Shown here in pieces: positions 46,952-56,153 of a DNA stretch of 64,000 nucleotides. The position numbers and the translations under genes were made by a program. The stretch spans positions 19,255 to 83,254 of the forward strand of contig JALOKU010000009.1 of the NCBI GenBank assembly GCA_025456345.1, read 5' to 3'. The notes beneath the pieces were generated by a model. It did not search any database. It was not told the DNA's origin and saw nothing but the letters and a program-made list of their open reading frames with translations. This stretch comes from Vicinamibacterales bacterium (GTDB taxonomy: Bacteria; Acidobacteriota; Vicinamibacteria; Vicinamibacterales; JAKQTR01). Every line of letters begins with the position of its first letter. Positions within the stretch are counted from its first letter, which is position 1.

Positions 46952-48235
46952 TCAGGCCGCGGCCGAGTCGTCGCGGGAGGATGGCCCGACCGGCGCTCCG
47001 CCGCCAGGAACGCCGGGAATTCGTCGCGACCGCGCCCGCCGCCGCCAGGCAAACAGCGGCGCGGCCGCCACCCGCGCCGTCCGCCGGTAGGCCTCATAAG
47101 CCCAGAAGGCTCCGTCTCTCGGCGCCAGCAGCGCGGCATCATCAGGGTTCACGACGATGCTGACCTCGATGTTCGGCGCCGCGCCGATGGGAATCCAGTT
47201 CTTCCGGCAGGCCTCGTAGACGTGCAGCATCACCGCGCGCATCTCGTCGTACTTGGGTGGCGGCCACGACTCCATGTCGGCGCCGACGGTGGGCCGGAAG
47301 ACGCAGACGGTCGGAAAGGCGCCGAGGCCCGCGATGTAGTCGATGGCGGCGATGGTGTCCTCGACGGGCTCGATGCCCGCGATGATTTCCCCCGACACGG
47401 CCCCCTTCGGCATGCGCTTCGCGCAATACTCCATCGCCTCGAGGAACAGCGTCTGGCCGAGCATCTTCTCCTTGCCGGGGCAGATCTCGGCGAAGTACTT
47501 CGGGTTCCAGAACTCGAGGCAGAACGACAGGTGGTCGACGCCCAGATCGATCAGGCGGTCGTAGCGGCTGAAGTCCTTCTCGGGCGCCAACTGCACACCG
47601 GTCAGCATCCCCACGTCCTCTTTGATCGCGCGGATGTAGGGCTCGGTGAACTGGATGCCGCGGCTGCCCTGGAAGCCGCCGTTCAGGTGCACGAAGGTGA
47701 CGCCCGACTCTTCTTTCGCCGCCCAGCAGGTCTCGACAACGTCCGACACCGCCTTGTCGGCCGACTCGCTCTCCCCCACGTTCTCGCCGGTCGTGCAGTA
47801 GCGGCAATTGAGGGCGGGGCTGTAGTTCCAGAACGTGCAGACGAGGTTGACGTAGATCCCGAGGTACGTGCCCTGCAGCACGCCGATGTGGTTCATCGCG
47901 ATGTCGCGCGACGTTTGCCGGCTGTACCACTCCGGCTCCTTCGGCACGCCCACCGTATAGCGGTCCTTCGTCTGCTCGTTGGTCAGCGCGTAGCCGGCGG
48001 CCGGCGAACCCGAGAGGACGTACGGCGACCGCCGCGCGAACGACTCGACCACGGGCACGTTGACCCAGACCTCGGGCTTCATCCACGAGCCGGTCGGAAT
48101 GGTGATCTCAAGGCCGGACCCGAGGCCGGCGCGGGTCCGCGAGATGCCCCGCGCCCCCTCGAGCGACACGTCGGCGGGAATCCTCATGCCGCGGCAGAAG
48201 AGGTCGATCTCGAGTTCGCACGCGTTGAGCGCCAT
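46952..48235 (-). CDS. Radical SAM protein with a non-canonical CX10CX2C motif
   Basis: 'CTFWNYSPALNCRYC', 'HLNGG', 'IIAGIEP', 'VCVFRP' (biotin-synthase-like barrel). Confidence 0.78.
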   Translation of the reverse strand: MALNACELEIDLFCRGMRIPADVSLEGARGISRTRAGLGSGLEITIPTGSWMKPEVWVNVPVVESFARRSPYVLSGSPAAGYALTNEQTKDRYTVGVPKEPEWYSRQTSRDIAMNHIGVLQGTYLGIYVNLVCTFWNYSPALNCRYCTTGENVGESESADKAVSDVVETCWAAKEESGVTFVHLNGGFQGSRGIQFTEPYIRAIKEDVGMLTGVQLAPEKDFSRYDRLIDLGVDHLSFCLEFWNPKYFAEICPGKEKMLGQTLFLEAMEYCAKRMPKGAVSGEIIAGIEPVEDTIAAIDYIAGLGAFPTVCVFRPTVGADMESWPPPKYDEMRAVMLHVYEACRKNWIPIGAAPNIEVSIVVNPDDAALLAPRDGAFWAYEAYRRTARVAAAPLFAWRRRARSRRIPGVPGGGAPVGPSSRDDSAAA

Positions 48236-48280
48236 ATGCGGCTCATTATGGATCAGGCGCGGCGCGTGAACCAGCGCGCG

Positions 48281-48298
48281 CTATGACGGCCGTCATAG
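48281..48298. promoter_or_regulatory. CRP/FNR-family operator palindrome
   Basis: Perfect 18-bp palindrome CTATGACGGCCGTCATAG with a TGA-N6-TCA core, in the divergent spacer. Confidence 0.62.
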
Positions 48299-48341
48299 GA
48301 CGCGGCGGCCAGACAGCGGATGCTTCCCTCGCGAGGCCCCC

Positions 48342-50324
48342 ATGCCCATTTCCGTACGGCTGCCGGACATCGATCACTGGAAGGCCCAGGTGAAGTGCCA
48401 GGCCGGCTGCCCCGTGTCGACCGACGCCGGCCGTTACGTGCAACTGATCGCCGAGGGCCGGCACGAAGACGCCTTCCTCGTTGCCCGAGGCCCGAATCCC
48501 TTCGCCTCCATCTGCGGGCGTGTGTGCGCAGCGCCCTGCGAGGACGCCTGCCGCAGGGCGGCCATCGACGCACCGGTCTCCATACGCGCGCTGAAGCGCT
48601 TCGTCACCGAGCAGTACGGCGTCGAGTCCACGCGGCCCGACACCCAGGATCGGCTGGCGGCGACGGCGATCGAAGAAGGCAACCGTTACGCCGGGCACAT
48701 GCCCCTAACGCTTCACCGCACCCTCCCGCCCACAGCGCGCGAAAATCGGAAAAAAGTCGCTGTGATCGGTGCCGGCCCGGCCGGCATGGCGGCCGCCCAT
48801 GACCTGGCCCTTCTGGGCTACAGCGTGACGGTGTTCGAAGCGGCGGCGGAACCCGGCGGCATGGTGCGGTTCGGAATCCCGGAGTACCGGCTTCCCCGCT
48901 CGGTCATCAGGTCGGAGATCGACAAGATCACGGCCCTCGGCATCGATCTCCGACTCGGCACGCCGCTCACCGCCGAGTTCGGCCTCTCGGATCTCCGCCG
49001 CCAGGGCTTCGAGTCCGTGTTTCTGTCGGTCGGGGTCGCCAAGGGACGCGACCTTCAGATGCCAGGCGTCGAACTCGATGGCGTCGTGAAGGCGGTGGAC
49101 TACCTGCTGAACATCAACCGCGGCTACCGCGTGCAGCTGGGACGGCGCGTCGTCGTCATCGGGGGCGGGTTTGTCGCCTTCGACGCCGCCCGCACGGCGC
49201 TGCGCGAGTACGCCGCCGACGCCGACGGCGAACGCGCCGAACTGGCGGCAGAATCCGACGCACGGGTGAAGGAGGCCTTCGATTCGGCGCGATCGGCCAT
49301 CCGGTCCGGTGCGCGTGACGTCACCATCGTCTCCCTTGAGAACTTCGAGGAAATGCCGGTTCTGCGCACGACGCAGGGCCACGAGGAGTTCGAAGAAGCC
49401 CGGAAGGAAGGCATCACGTTCCTGCCGCGCCGAGGCCCGTTCCGGTTCGTCGGAAACGGTACGCTGTCGGCGATCGAGTTGCGCGCCGTCACCTCGGTGT
49501 TCGACGCCAGCGGCCGCTTCGCCCCGACCTACGACGACGATGACGTGGTGACGATTGAAGCCGACGCGTGCGTCCTGGCGATCGGCCAACGCGCGGACCT
49601 TTCTTTTCTGAAGCCCGAGGACGGCGTGGCGCTGACACCAATGGGCACGATCCGCATCGACCCGTCGACGCTGGCCACCTCGGCCCCGGGCGTGTTCGCG
49701 GGCGGCGATGTCGCGTTCGGGCCCCGGAATCTGATCGAGGCTGTCGCCAACGGCAAGCGCGCGGCCCGCTCGATTCACGACTACCTCGGGCCGGGCGGCG
49801 GACGCACCGAGCAGCGCCTCGACATCGAGAAGCTGCCGACCGCGCGGTATCGCATGATCGCCGGGTTCGAGCGCTTCGACCGACAGGCTCCGCCCACGCT
49901 GGATCTGGGGCGCCGCACGGGCATCGCCGAGGTCGAAACGGGATATGGCCCCGCCGACGCGATTGAGCAGGCGGCGCGGTGCCTCGTCTGCCACGTGCAG
50001 ACGATTTACGACCCGGAACTGTGCGTCCTCTGCAACCGCTGCGTCGACATCTGCCCCGAGCACTGCCTGGCCATCGTCCCGTTCGAGGCGCTCGACCTGG
50101 ACGCGACAACGCGCCAGTCGCTGGTCGAGCGGGCCGGCGCCTCCAGCCTTCCTCTGTCGGCCATGGTGAAAGACGATGAGCGGTGCATTCGCTGCGGGTT
50201 GTGCGCCATCCGCTGCCCGACCGACGCGATGACGATGGAGAAGTTCACAATCACGGAACGCCTCGTGCCGTCCGGTCCGCACCCGCCCGATGCCGGTGCG
50301 CCAACGCAGGTGGGAACGAAATGA
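48342..50324 (+). CDS. NfnB/GltD/DsrL-like FAD-dependent NAD(P)H oxidoreductase with a C-terminal 2x[4Fe-4S] domain
   Basis: CQAGCP, CGRVCAAPCEDAC, GAGPAG, GGGFVAFD, RCLVC, CVLCNRCVDICP, CIRCGLCAIRCP; no signal peptide. Confidence 0.88.
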   Translation: MPISVRLPDIDHWKAQVKCQAGCPVSTDAGRYVQLIAEGRHEDAFLVARGPNPFASICGRVCAAPCEDACRRAAIDAPVSIRALKRFVTEQYGVESTRPDTQDRLAATAIEEGNRYAGHMPLTLHRTLPPTARENRKKVAVIGAGPAGMAAAHDLALLGYSVTVFEAAAEPGGMVRFGIPEYRLPRSVIRSEIDKITALGIDLRLGTPLTAEFGLSDLRRQGFESVFLSVGVAKGRDLQMPGVELDGVVKAVDYLLNINRGYRVQLGRRVVVIGGGFVAFDAARTALREYAADADGERAELAAESDARVKEAFDSARSAIRSGARDVTIVSLENFEEMPVLRTTQGHEEFEEARKEGITFLPRRGPFRFVGNGTLSAIELRAVTSVFDASGRFAPTYDDDDVVTIEADACVLAIGQRADLSFLKPEDGVALTPMGTIRIDPSTLATSAPGVFAGGDVAFGPRNLIEAVANGKRAARSIHDYLGPGGGRTEQRLDIEKLPTARYRMIAGFERFDRQAPPTLDLGRRTGIAEVETGYGPADAIEQAARCLVCHVQTIYDPELCVLCNRCVDICPEHCLAIVPFEALDLDATTRQSLVERAGASSLPLSAMVKDDERCIRCGLCAIRCPTDAMTMEKFTITERLVPSGPHPPDAGAPTQVGTK

Positions 50325-50842
50325 GCGACGCCAAACAGCCCCAGAACACCGACCGGCGCGACTTCTTGCTGAAGCTCGGCGCGGGCGCCGGATTCGTTGC
50401 GATTACGGCCCAAGCGGGCGCGTCGCTGCGTTCGCTGGTCCCGAACGTCACCTACGACGCTCCCACGACCGTGAAGGTCGGGCCTCCCGGAGAGTTCCCG
50501 GACGGCTTGAAATTCCTCCCCGACCAACGCCTGTTCGTGTTCCGGAACGGCAAGACGTTTCATGCCATCTCCGCCGTGTGCACGCACCTCGGTTGCACCG
50601 TCCGCGCGGAGGCGCTGTCCCGCGCGGAGGAGCAGACGATTGACGGCCAGCCGTTGCGCCTGACTCACCGCTTCATGTGCCCGTGCCACGGATCGCGATA
50701 CGGCGGCGACGGGACGAATGTCTCGGGCCCTGCGCCGAAGCCGCTCGCCTGGTACCGGTTGTCGGTCTCTCCCGACGACGGTCAGCTCGTGGCGGACCTC
50801 GCGGACGAAGTCGACCACAGCTTCCGCTTGACGCTGCCTTGA
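50321..50842 (+). CDS. Rieske [2Fe-2S] protein with a Tat signal anchor
   Basis: DRRDFL, CTHLGC, CPCHGS; ATGA overlap with the oxidoreductase gene. Confidence 0.92.
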   Translation: MSDAKQPQNTDRRDFLLKLGAGAGFVAITAQAGASLRSLVPNVTYDAPTTVKVGPPGEFPDGLKFLPDQRLFVFRNGKTFHAISAVCTHLGCTVRAEALSRAEEQTIDGQPLRLTHRFMCPCHGSRYGGDGTNVSGPAPKPLAWYRLSVSPDDGQLVADLADEVDHSFRLTLP

Positions 50843-50852
50843 GGTACCGACC

Positions 50853-52202
50853 ATGAGACTTCCGTTCACCCGAAGGGCGGCCGCCGGCGAAACCTCGCCA
50901 GGCGTGCACCCGCAGCCGCTCTGGAGCTACCGCCCGCAGTCGGACCGCGAGGCTGGCGACGCCGTCGTCTCGAACCTGCTGCTGCACTGGTTTCCCTCGA
51001 AGGTCTACAAGCCATCGTTGGCATGGAACTACTCGGCGTGGCTCGGCACCATCTCCGGCGCGCTGTTCTTCCTGCTGGTGCTGTCCGGCCTGCCCCTGAT
51101 GTTCCTGTACGTCCCGTCGGTGGAGCGCGCCTACCAGTCGGTGAAGGACATCGAGTACGTCGTGACCTTCGGCTGGTGGATTCGCGCCGTGCACCGAATC
51201 GGGGCGCACCTGATGGTGGTCGCGGTTGTGCTGCACCTGGCGCGGGTGTTCTTCACCGGCGCGTACAAGAACGGCGTCGGCCAAGGGCAGCAGCGCGAAT
51301 GGAACTGGGTCATCGGCGTCGTCATGCTGCTGCTGACGTTGTTTCTGTCTTTCACCGGCTACCTGCTCCCGTGGGATCAGCTCGCGTTCTGGGCCGTGAC
51401 GGTCGGGACCAACATTGCATCGGCGGTTCCCGGGATCGGGCCCCGGATCCGGGAACTCCTGATCGGCGGGCGCGCGATCGAGCAGGCCACCCTGATTCGC
51501 TTCTACGTCCTGCACATCATCGTCCTCCCCGGCGCCCTCGGCGGCCTCTTCGCGTATCACATGTGGCGCATCCGGAAGGATGGCGGGCTGGCGAGGGCCG
51601 ATGCCGCGGCTCTGGCGCCCGACGCGAAGGACACCGGACCGGTCCCGACGAAGACCTACACCCTGCTCGGCGTCGCCCGCGGCACGTCTCCGGCGGTCAC
51701 GGCGCGTTCCCCCGAAGCTCCGGACCAGACCGTCAATGCGGTCCCCGACCTCACGCGGCGAGCCCTGATCGTGATTCTCGGCACGTTCGCGCTCGTGAGC
51801 ATCCTCGCCAGCGCCATTCCATCCCCGCTGGAAGAACCGGCGAACGCGCTGATCACGCCGAACCCGGCCAAGGCCCCGTGGTACTTCCTCTGGCTGCAGG
51901 AAATCGTCACCGACACCACGATTCGGCTCGGGTCACTCACGATCAACGGCGCCTTTCTCGGCGGCGTGATTCTGCCAGGCCTGCTGGTCGGCCTCCTGAC
52001 GGTCTGGCCCTGGCTGGACAAGTCGGCCGTCTCCACGGCAGGGCTCTGGTTCCCGCGAAGCCGCCGGCGTCAGAACCTGCTGTTCATCCTGGCGATGCTG
52101 TTCATCCTGGCCTTCACGTTCGTCGGCATGTTCATGCGCGGGCCGTACTGGAACCTCTACTGGCCGTGGGAGACGTGGCCGGGCATTCCCGGGAGGATCT
52201 GA
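50853..52202 (+). CDS. Cytochrome b of a Rieske/cytb complex (b6-like and subunit IV regions fused)
   Basis: RAVHRIGAHLMV...LHLARVF, FTGYLLPWDQLAFWA, RFYVLH...YH; Qo motif reads APWYF. Confidence 0.92.
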   Translation: MRLPFTRRAAAGETSPGVHPQPLWSYRPQSDREAGDAVVSNLLLHWFPSKVYKPSLAWNYSAWLGTISGALFFLLVLSGLPLMFLYVPSVERAYQSVKDIEYVVTFGWWIRAVHRIGAHLMVVAVVLHLARVFFTGAYKNGVGQGQQREWNWVIGVVMLLLTLFLSFTGYLLPWDQLAFWAVTVGTNIASAVPGIGPRIRELLIGGRAIEQATLIRFYVLHIIVLPGALGGLFAYHMWRIRKDGGLARADAAALAPDAKDTGPVPTKTYTLLGVARGTSPAVTARSPEAPDQTVNAVPDLTRRALIVILGTFALVSILASAIPSPLEEPANALITPNPAKAPWYFLWLQEIVTDTTIRLGSLTINGAFLGGVILPGLLVGLLTVWPWLDKSAVSTAGLWFPRSRRRQNLLFILAMLFILAFTFVGMFMRGPYWNLYWPWETWPGIPGRI

Positions 52203-52203
52203 C

Positions 52204-53448
52204 ATGGAGAAACGAACCAACTCCCCGTTTCCCAGGATCGATCGCCCGGTGCTGGCCGCCATCGGGATTGTGCTCGTGGGGGCGACCGTCTTCTTCGCCT
52301 GGAGCGACCGCCAGCACGACTACAAGTACTACCAGTACGCCTTCCGCGGCATGGTGGCGGAGAAGCTGGGCGCGGAGCGCGCCGCGACCGTACCGTCCGG
52401 GCTGCAGCAGGTCTGGGTGCCCGGCTTGCGCCGCGCCGATCGGTGCGTGACCTGCCACCAGGCCGTCTCCTGGAAGGGGTTCGAGACCGCCGAGGAGCCC
52501 CACCGGACGCATCCGGGCGACCTCCTGAAGTCCCATCCGCCGGAGCGGTTCGGGTGCAGCGCGTGTCACGGCGGGCAGGGGTGGGCCATCGACACCGCCG
52601 CTGCGCACGGCGAGGTGGCGCACTGGGAGGAGCCGCTGCTCGGCAAGCCGCTCGGCGAGGCGTATTCGCTGACCGACAACAAGGCCGCGCTGATGCAGAT
52701 GAACTGCAATATCTGCCATCGCTACGAGCGGGCGACCAAGGGCGCGGAGATGATCAACCTGGCCAAGGACCTCGTCCAGGAGAAGGGCTGCCGGGCCTGC
52801 CACGTGATCAACGGCCGCGGCGGCACGATCGGCCCCGATCTGACGTGGGTCGGCGACAAGGCCCCGGAACAGTACGACTACAGCCGCCTGTCGGGCCAGA
52901 CGACGGCGTTCGCCTGGCACGTGGCGCATTTCAAGGACCCGCGGGCGCTCGTGCAGGATACGGTGATGCCGAACTTCCACCTGTCCACCAAACAGGCGCA
53001 GGCGCTCGCGATGCTCATGCTCTCCTGGCGCAAGGCGCCCTTCGACGCGGCGTTCCTCCCGGGCGTGCCGCGCACGGACCCGCAGACCGCCGATGAGCGG
53101 AAGGCCGAAGAGGACATGAAGACCGGGCCGGGCGCCTGGTTCGTGCAAACGGGCTGCTTCGTGTGCCACTCGATCGCCGCCCTGAAGGTGCGCAGTCCCG
53201 CCCAGATCGGCCCCGACCTGTCCACGGCCGTCGAGGACACGCAGAAGCGGTTCGGCGTGACCGTCGACCAGTTCCTGAAGAACCCGACCGGCACGATGTC
53301 GGTGGTGCTGTCGCGCCAGATCGTGCTGACGCCGGAACAGAAGGAGACCGCGATTCAGAAGTTGCGCGAGGCGTTCGCCGAGTATCAACGCCTCGTCGCC
53401 GAGGGCAAGAACCCGCTGGCGCCCCCGGTGGAGGCCGCCCCGAAGTAG
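52204..53448 (+). CDS. Membrane-anchored pentaheme cytochrome c
   Basis: N-terminal TM; CVTCH, CSACH, CNICH, CRACH, CFVCH. Confidence 0.88.
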   Translation: MEKRTNSPFPRIDRPVLAAIGIVLVGATVFFAWSDRQHDYKYYQYAFRGMVAEKLGAERAATVPSGLQQVWVPGLRRADRCVTCHQAVSWKGFETAEEPHRTHPGDLLKSHPPERFGCSACHGGQGWAIDTAAAHGEVAHWEEPLLGKPLGEAYSLTDNKAALMQMNCNICHRYERATKGAEMINLAKDLVQEKGCRACHVINGRGGTIGPDLTWVGDKAPEQYDYSRLSGQTTAFAWHVAHFKDPRALVQDTVMPNFHLSTKQAQALAMLMLSWRKAPFDAAFLPGVPRTDPQTADERKAEEDMKTGPGAWFVQTGCFVCHSIAALKVRSPAQIGPDLSTAVEDTQKRFGVTVDQFLKNPTGTMSVVLSRQIVLTPEQKETAIQKLREAFAEYQRLVAEGKNPLAPPVEAAPK

Positions 53449-53548
53449 ACGGGCGATGCACGGAGGCGCAGGCTTTCCCCGGCCCGCCTGTTCCCCTGCC
53501 TCCTTGAACGAGTGAGCCGGCCGTGACTGCTACGTGGAGGACATGCAC

Positions 53549-55408
53549 ATGAGTTGGATTCGCTCCCGATCCGCTGCCTGGGCGACGATTGGCGCCCTGG
53601 CGCTGGCGCTGTTCGTCAGCCGTTGCGCGCCGAGCGCGCCCAAGAAGGACGCCAAGAAGGCCGGCGGCGGCACCTCGGACATCGCCGTCGCCGCCCAGAA
53701 GACCTACGTCGCCCCGGGCGACCTGGACGAGTACTACCTGTTCTCGTCTGGCGGGCACTCCGGCCAAATCTACGTCTTCGGCGTGCCGTCGATGCGCCAC
53801 ATCTCGACGATTCCCGTCTTCACCCCCTACCCCGCCACCGGCTACGGCTTCGACGACGATTCGAAGAAGATGCTCGGGAACCTGACCTGGGGAGACGTGC
53901 ACCACCCGGCCCTCTCTGAGACCAACGGCGACTACGACGGCCGTTGGCTCTTCGTGAACGAGATGAACGGGCGGGTGGCGCGGATCGACCTGCGCGACTT
54001 CAAGACGAAGCAGATCCTCGGGCCGATCCCCAACGTCTCCGGCAACCACGCGTCCGCGTTCGTCACGCCGAACAGCGAGTACTCCGTGATGGCCTCGCGT
54101 TTCTCGATTCCCATCCCGAAAGGCACGGCCCTCGAGATCGCGAAGTACGCCACCGACTTCAAGGGCGTCATCACCGGGATCAAGATCGATCCCAAGAGCG
54201 GCGAGATGTCCTTCGGCTGGCAGGTGGTGATGCCGCCGTTCAACTACGACCTGGGCGACGCCGGGAAGAAGGCGTCCGACGGGTGGGTCTTCTTCACCTC
54301 GTACAACGCGGAGCGCGCCACCGGCAAGCTGGAGGTCACCTCGACCCAGCGCGATCGCGACTACATCGCGATGGTCGACTGGAAGATGGCGGAGAAGCTG
54401 GCCGCCGAGGGCAAGGGCACGCTCATCGGGGGCGTCAAGGTCCTGGACCCGAAGGAACTGCCGGGCCTGGTGTACCTCCTCCCCTGCGGCAAATCGCCCC
54501 ATGGCGTCGACGTGGCGCCCGACGGCAACTGGATCGTCGGCTCGGGCAAGCTCCAGGGCGTGACGACGGTATTCAACTTCGAGAAGATCCAGACGGCCAT
54601 CCGGAACAAGGACTTCACCGGCGAGGAAGACGGCATCCCGGTCCTGAAGTACGAGTCCATCAAGGACGCCGAGGTCCCGGTCGGCCTCGGGCCGCTGCAC
54701 ACCCAGTTCGGCACGGACGGCTACGCCTATACGTCGCTCTTCGTGGACAGCGCGGTCGCGAAGTGGAAACTCGGCACCTGGGAGGTCGTGGACAAGGTCC
54801 CGATGTCGTACTCGATCGGCCACCTCACGGCGGCCGAAGGTGACACGGTCAGTCCCGACGGCAACTACCTGGTCGGCCTGAACAAGCTGTCGCACGGGCG
54901 GCACCTGTCGGTCGGCCCGTCGCAGCCCGAGTCGTCGCAGCTGGTCGACATCACCGAGGAGAAGATGAAGCTGCTGTACGACGCGTTCACCGAGCCCGAG
55001 CCGCACTACGCGCAGATGGTGAAGGCCGACAAGATCCACCCGATCGAGGTGTATCCGAAGGAGGAGAACAAGCATCCGCACGCCATCTGGGACGTCAAGG
55101 ACGCCAGCGTGACGCGCAACGGCAACAAGGTCCTCGTCAAGATGATCGCGGTCCGTTCCACCCTCACGCCGACGGACTTCGAGCTGAAGGAGGGCGACGA
55201 GGTGACGATCGCCATCACCAACATCGAGCAGACAACCGATGAGCTGCACGGGCTCGGCATCCTCGACTACAACATCAACCTGGTCGTGGATCCCGGAGAA
55301 ACGAAGACCGTGACGTTCAAGGCGAAACGGGGCACGTTCCCGTTCTACTGCACGAACTTCTGCTCCGCACTCCACCAGGAGATGCAGGGCTACATGATCG
55401 TCCGCTAG
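53549..55408 (+). CDS. nosZ: Nitrous oxide reductase, clade II (Sec-pathway signal peptide)
   Basis: SGGHSGQ; CuZ histidines DVHH, GNH, SPHG, GPLH, IGH, EPHY; CuA motif H...CTNFCSALHQEM; no twin-arginine motif and no C-terminal heme domain. Confidence 0.96.
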   Translation: MSWIRSRSAAWATIGALALALFVSRCAPSAPKKDAKKAGGGTSDIAVAAQKTYVAPGDLDEYYLFSSGGHSGQIYVFGVPSMRHISTIPVFTPYPATGYGFDDDSKKMLGNLTWGDVHHPALSETNGDYDGRWLFVNEMNGRVARIDLRDFKTKQILGPIPNVSGNHASAFVTPNSEYSVMASRFSIPIPKGTALEIAKYATDFKGVITGIKIDPKSGEMSFGWQVVMPPFNYDLGDAGKKASDGWVFFTSYNAERATGKLEVTSTQRDRDYIAMVDWKMAEKLAAEGKGTLIGGVKVLDPKELPGLVYLLPCGKSPHGVDVAPDGNWIVGSGKLQGVTTVFNFEKIQTAIRNKDFTGEEDGIPVLKYESIKDAEVPVGLGPLHTQFGTDGYAYTSLFVDSAVAKWKLGTWEVVDKVPMSYSIGHLTAAEGDTVSPDGNYLVGLNKLSHGRHLSVGPSQPESSQLVDITEEKMKLLYDAFTEPEPHYAQMVKADKIHPIEVYPKEENKHPHAIWDVKDASVTRNGNKVLVKMIAVRSTLTPTDFELKEGDEVTIAITNIEQTTDELHGLGILDYNINLVVDPGETKTVTFKAKRGTFPFYCTNFCSALHQEMQGYMIVR

Positions 55409-55418
55409 GCACGAATGT

Positions 55419-55446
55419 GCGGGCGCCCCGCGATCGGGGCGCCCGC
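55419..55446 (+). terminator. Stem-loop after nosZ (mRNA stabiliser or partial terminator)
   Basis: Perfect 12-bp stem GCGGGCGCCCCG-CGAT-CGGGGCGCCCGC with no U tract. Confidence 0.55.
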
Positions 55447-55514
55447 CCTGCCCGCCCCGAGGTCGACGGGCCGACGCAGCGGTCGGAGGCCCCCTTCGAT
55501 CGGGAGAACGCACG

Positions 55515-56153
55515 ATGCAAGGCTTCTTCGCGCGACTGAACCAGTCTCTCGCCCGCCCCCTCGGTGTTGCGCCGCGGCTGCTCGTCGTGGCGTCGGCACT
55601 CCTCCTGGTCGCCGTGTATCTCTTTCCGCTGTGGAACCTGACGATGTTCGCTCCGCAGTACCCTGAAGGCCTCCGCCTGGACATCTACAGCTACAAGCTG
55701 GTCGGCGGGAACGGGGGGCAGGACATTCCCGAGATCAACATCCTCAACCACTACATCGGCATGCGGGATCTCGTGACCGACGACTTCACCGAATTCAAGT
55801 GGCTGCCGTTTGTCGTCGGCGCCCTCGGCTTGCTCTACCTCCGGGCGGCGGTGATGGGCACCGTGGGCGGGCTCGTCGACGTCCTGGTGCTCAACATCTA
55901 CTTCTCGGCGTTCGCGCTCTGGTCCTTCGGCTACAAGATGTACGTCTACGGGCACAACCTGCTGCCCACGGCGGCGGTGAAGGTGGAGCCGTTCATGCCT
56001 CCGATGTTCGGGGGAACGCAGCTGGCGAACTTCGAGGTCTACTCGTATCCGCAGGCGGGCTCGTACGCGATGGGCCTGTCGTCCCTGCTGCTCGTTGCGG
56101 CGTTGGTCGTGGCCTGGCGCCAGTCCCGCGCCGCCAGCCGGCAAGGCACGTGA
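55515..56153 (+). CDS. nosB: NosB-like membrane protein of clade II nos clusters
   Basis: 'PLWNLTMFAPQYPEGL', 'INILNHYIGM', 'YGHNL', four TM; located right after nosZ. Confidence 0.82.
   Translation: MQGFFARLNQSLARPLGVAPRLLVVASALLLVAVYLFPLWNLTMFAPQYPEGLRLDIYSYKLVGGNGGQDIPEINILNHYIGMRDLVTDDFTEFKWLPFVVGALGLLYLRAAVMGTVGGLVDVLVLNIYFSAFALWSFGYKMYVYGHNLLPTAAVKVEPFMPPMFGGTQLANFEVYSYPQAGSYAMGLSSLLLVAALVVAWRQSRAASRQGT

Noticed and set aside
48342-50324. DsrL as evidence for dissimilatory sulfur metabolism
   Set aside because: The domain layout is similar, but there are no dsr genes in the window and the context is Rieske/cytb-nos.
53549-53630. Tat signal (clade I NosZ) or lipoprotein anchor
   Set aside because: There is no S/T-RRxFL motif. 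'FVSRC' has Arg at -1, which is not a canonical lipobox, so lipidation is possible but unsupported.
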